A stretch of DNA of 64,000 nt. Source: Ascidiella aspersa. Its lineage: Eukaryota. Below the pieces are notes generated by a model. It ran no database searches, was not told where the DNA came from, and saw nothing but the letters and a program-made list of their open reading frames with translations. The first letter of the stretch is position 1. The number at the start of each line of letters is the position of its first letter. This document shows positions 60,401 through 64,000 of this stretch, piece by piece. The stretch lies in assembly GCA_963924565.1 (NCBI GenBank), contig OZ004613.1:21638001-21702000 (forward strand), given 5' to 3'. Position numbers and translations under genes: made by a program.

Positions 60401-63335
60401 TTTGAGTTGCGAATTTTCTGGAGACGGTTTCCACGTTGACAGGGGTGTACTTGAATTGCTTGTCGGAAGTGTCTCTTTGTTTGTTGCGAATGGATAGGCC
60501 ACAGTCGGTGCGTTTACTGCAGTCGTAAAAAAGTATAAATTTCTGTTCAATTTCAATAGAGTTAGTTCAAAATTGAAAACGGAAAATTATAAAATTTTAA
60601 TAGGTTTAACTATGCTTTCAATTGGCTTAAAACCTAAATCCCATAGTTTAGTGGGCCAAGAAAGTAAGGATTACGCCATACATTTTTATAGGGGTATACT
60701 ATTCAAACACACAATATGTATTAATTTGGTAAAATTAATATAAATGGCAATTAATGCAAGCTAAATAATTGGCAAGGACAGCCGACAGTCGAGTTGGAAT
60801 GTTGTTAGATTTTTTGCATTAGAAAAAAAGTAAAACGCTACCTAAAGTGCTTTGTTCGTCAAATTGTTGTTGAATACAATTCTTCTCTGTGAAAACAATT
60901 GTAAATTGATTTATGCACATAGCCAAATGATTCTTGCTATTTATAAAGGCCACCGCAATAACATGTTCCGGATGAAAGATATAAGGCAAAATCAAAAAAA
61001 TTAGATCTATATTTCACCTTGAGCTGTAGACGGCCTGGCCTTTCGAGGCTGAAACGTAATGGCGGAAAACTTTCTCGCCGGTTTGCTGTAAAGCGAAGAT
61101 GAGGCATTTCTCTCGCTGGCGCTCGTTCCGTTTTGCGCCAACTGCATCTGCTGAAAGGGAGGAGTCGCCGACGCGGAAACTTCACCGGACAAAAGTGGAT
61201 GCTGCTGGTTTTTCGCGGACGGCGTCGGGGGCAAAACCGACCTGAAAACGTTGCGCTTGGTCTGAGCGCCGCTGGCGATCTGCGTACTTGGAGGTTGCCG
61301 TTCGTCGCGTTCGGAAGACGCACTTTGGCGACGATGGACCACCTCGTCGTCTGACGACCAGTCGGCACTGGCAAATCGAGGGGCGTCCCCGGCCCAGGGC
61401 GACCTGTCCCTCGGGCGCATTCGGCGCGCTCGGCCGGCGCTCGGGTCGTCGGTGCTGTACTGCACCTTGGCCCGGCCCAGCTGCTGAGCCACCTGATCCA
61501 CGCTGTTGGCTGCTGAAGAGGTGGAGTGGATGTTGCTGAAGGACACGGGAGTGTAGGACTCACGCTCACACACACGCGGCTGGTACGCCTGGTTGACGAA
61601 GGCGATTGGGCCGTTTGGTGGGACGGGTGGCAGGGGCGCGTCTTCGGGCGCCGCGCCGCCGACCACGAATTTTTCCATGCGTCGCTGACGCTTGGCGAAC
61701 AGCTTGGCGCCCTTGCCCTTCATTTGCACAGCGTCCATGGCGAGGTTTCGCAGCTGATTTTGCACAATCTGCAGACAAGGTTGCTCTTAAGTCGTTTGAG
61801 CGCTGAATTCCAATGGCTAATAAATACAGCTTTTTTGCAGCGGCTGGTAATTAAACATTTTTTGCTTTCATATGTAAATAGCGTTTGGCATTTCTGGTTA
61901 GCAATTTAAGCATTTTATTAAATGCAAATCAGGCTTTTGGACATGAATTATGTGTTATTTAGTGGAATATTGTTACCTGCTCGGACGTGCTAAGCTTGCG
62001 GTCTTTCTCCAGCACGTTATTTGGACCTGGGTGGTCGTAAACGGAAATCTCGTCATCAGTCGATATAAGAAAAAATGAGTCGGAATCCGCCTTCTCCGAG
62101 TCAGACTCCTTCGTTCAAAATTTAATCATTAAAAAGTCATCACCAAGTACAATTGTATGGATAAATTAAAACACAGGCAAAAAACCTAGAAAAACCTGTT
62201 ATCTGTTTCACTTGCGCGCTGCAGTGCACAAATCTCGTTGCATAACAGATTAAAATCCTAGCAGCGGTTTCAGAGGAAAGCAGAACTTAGTTAATATAAA
62301 AATGGGAGACTGGTGGAATTGTACATATATAGGTCTGGCTGTTTGTTTGAACTTTCTACAGGTATAAAAACACCCAATTTATTTTTTTTTAACGTATATG
62401 TTTTTAATGTTTTATTCCTTAATTTAGACCATAACTTGCTTTACCGTTAAGAAACTAAGTTAAATTCAGGTATGATTTCCATTTCTGAAATATTCAGCTT
62501 TGAGGTTGGTAACGCTGCGTTTGCTCGTAAATCATAACTTAAGTGTCTATGTTCTGTAACTTAATATCGTATTTTGGCACCAATAACTGTAGTATCGCCC
62601 CATTATCTACCTGAAAATAACGTACAGAATATAACACACATATGGCCGAACCATGAGCATTTTTTTAATAAGCTTGACTGAGTGTGAGTTAGACCAGCGC
62701 TGTTTAACCTGTCCTTTTTTAACCGGCCCATAGGGTGCATCAAAATATGTATGGGGTGCACCAGTACGAAAAGGTGTACACGGTTACATCACAAACTTTT
62801 AAAGAACCATTAATATTTCACATTCATGATATTAAAAAAATGTAGGTTGCAACTGATGTATAAAATAGCTGTTTTATGGCATGCAATAGTACTCGCAGAA
62901 CAGCCGTCAGTCATAATCGAACTCTCACCGACAGTGTGTAAAACGTCTGCAGCTACGCACGGTTTAATTGACACGGTGATAATGATATTATTCAAAATTA
63001 TTTTTACCTCAGTTTACCTTTTAAGTAAACAGGGTGCTTTAGTTCGTCACAACAACTTTAAGGGTTCACCAAACCAAAAAAGGTTGAAGAGCATTGACTC
63101 AAAGAACAAACACAGACTTAGTTCACCTCACTTTCTCTTCCTTCTTCCTCCTCAACCGGCTGCGTCCCGTATCCGACAATTGCGAACTTCTCAGATCTTC
63201 TCCTCCGCTTCTGGAACATGCGAGATCCTCTTGTGCGCGAGTTGCGATCTCTCAGCAGCCTCGAGATGCTCTTACAGACCTTCTTCGCTTCCTGTTTCCC
63301 GGTCGTTGAGGTTCTTTCTTCCGGAAGACTCGTGG
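57036..63335 (-). CDS. SYNPO2: Synaptopodin-2 (myopodin)-like Z-disc/actin protein, 8 coding exons in window, 5' end incomplete
   Basis: EAKKVCKSISRLL...RGSRMFQKRRRRSEKFAIVGYGT parallels SYNPO2 EAKSKCKSIALLL...KGVLMFKKRRRRARKYTLVSYGT (recalled). Also KGKGAKLFAKRQRRMEKFVV, KGARMFEKQQQRMDRYT and PPxY motifs. Exon phases are consistent (3095 nt). Confidence 0.85.
57642..57990 (-). CDS. SYNPO2: Synaptopodin-like exon
   Basis: tttag|RRPSGNKKG...KKGPPPRVAPKPD...VQY|gtaagt; phase 0/1. Confidence 0.8.
58795..59012 (-). CDS. SYNPO2: Synaptopodin-like exon (motif 3)
   Basis: gtag|AMKGKGARMFEKQQQRMDRYT...SDSP|gttggt; phase 1/0. Confidence 0.88.
59264..59394 (-). CDS. SYNPO2: Synaptopodin-like exon
   Basis: ttccag|FTPQQFNKP...ALGTIAG|gtaaaa; phase 2/1. 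Confidence 0.8.
59658..60516 (-). CDS. SYNPO2: Synaptopodin-like exon (Pro/Ser/Thr-rich, PPPPVY)
   Basis: Long ORF; phase 1/2; a second in-phase donor would end the exon at 59703. Confidence 0.8.
61018..61768 (-). CDS. SYNPO2: Synaptopodin-like exon (motif 2)
   Basis: ctgcag|IVQNQL...KGKGAKLFAKRQRRMEKFVV...STAQ|gtgaaa; phase 0/1. Confidence 0.9.
61977..62108 (-). CDS. SYNPO2: Synaptopodin-like exon (acidic)
   Basis: ESDSEKADSDSFFLISTDDEISVYDH...STSEQ|gtaaca; 132 nt, phase 0/0. Confidence 0.8.
62695..63096. mobile_element. Second copy of the 25598-25960 MITE family, opposite orientation
   Basis: Reverse-complement similarity along the length (e.g. agttcgtcacaacaactttaag, ataatcgaactctc, ccagtacgaaaagg); TSD degenerate. 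Confidence 0.8.
63127..63335 (-). CDS. SYNPO2: Synaptopodin-like exon (calsarcin-type motif 1)
   Basis: tgcag|TSLPEER...RGSRMFQKRRRRSEKF...GRESE|gtgaac; phase 1/0. Confidence 0.9.
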
Positions 63336-64000
63336 CTGCATTAAATAGCAATAACGTGAATATGAATTGACTCGAACGTTCTGGCGATGCCAAACAAATC
63401 TACAATGCCCAAACAGTCTACGTTATAAAAACATTTCGAATACCGGTTTACTGCATCGTTTAACTGTAGCTATTTAGTCTCGTAAATAGAAAACACGAGC
63501 ATTCTATATTGTCTATTTATTTAACGCTTAAATTTACCCAGCAAAACTACCTTTGGTTTCCCAAGTGCACAAAAATACATCTGCATTACAATTAATTTTT
63601 ATCCGTTATGTCTATACGGAAAGTACGAGGCAAATCAACGTTTATGTCGTCCCACTGGGCCACCTTTCAGTTTCTAATGCCGCTAGCGCTGGTCTAGCTC
63701 ATGCGGAAAACTCTAATTAACGAATACGATATGTATAGCTACGTCTGGTTTTAATTTCCACTTCTAATATCTTTTCAATGATAAAACAACGCGTAAAGCA
63801 ATACCTACCGTCAGAGCAACATCAATCTATTATCGAGCCTTGTGCAACACACATTTGGCGTTTGGAAAGCGACGCCTCTCGCATTAATTAGGTTCCTGAC
63901 ACGCCTTTTTCGCGGCCGCAAGCCGTTTGCACCCTCTCTATACCAAGCAGCTGTATAAGCCTATCGTCACCCACACTCCCCCGACAATGCAAAACCCATT

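Noticed and set aside
63809-63960. Minus-strand donor (cg|gtaggt) and an E-box as a first coding exon of the synaptopodin-like gene
   Set aside because: The phase-1 frame has a stop just upstream of the donor. It could be a non-coding exon, but that cannot be supported from sequence.

Overview
Eukaryotic, intron-rich, AT-rich animal DNA. Protein divergence and gene content suggest an invertebrate chordate, probably a tunicate (inference). The window holds three spliced genes, reconstructed by hand with GT-AG boundaries and consistent exon phases. (1) + strand: a PDZ-GEF (RAPGEF2/RAPGEF6 co-ortholog) with 32 coding exons from 17273 to the stop at 51032 (~2084 aa in window). Domains run cNMP-like, REM, PDZ, RA, CDC25/RasGEF, then a long disordered tail ending EQVSQV*. 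The conserved N-terminal exons were not found and probably lie upstream of the window. It has a mutually exclusive exon pair (28257-28332 / 28588-28669), an 816-nt AG-free zone with a candidate distant branch point before the next exon (29984-30799), an alternative terminal exon (41165-42177), and several candidate alternative first exons in the first 17 kb. (2) - strand: a synaptopodin-2/myopodin-like gene (63335 to stop at 57036; 5' end not found, probably outside the window). (3) - strand, directly downstream: a myozenin/calsarcin-like gene (~54875 to stop at 53298), matching the vertebrate SYNPO-MYOZ tandem arrangement. Introns carry several hAT-type MITEs with 8-bp TSDs, a tRNA-derived element, inverted and direct repeats, and a degenerate hammerhead-like motif. 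No CRISPR, rRNA or intact transposase was seen.
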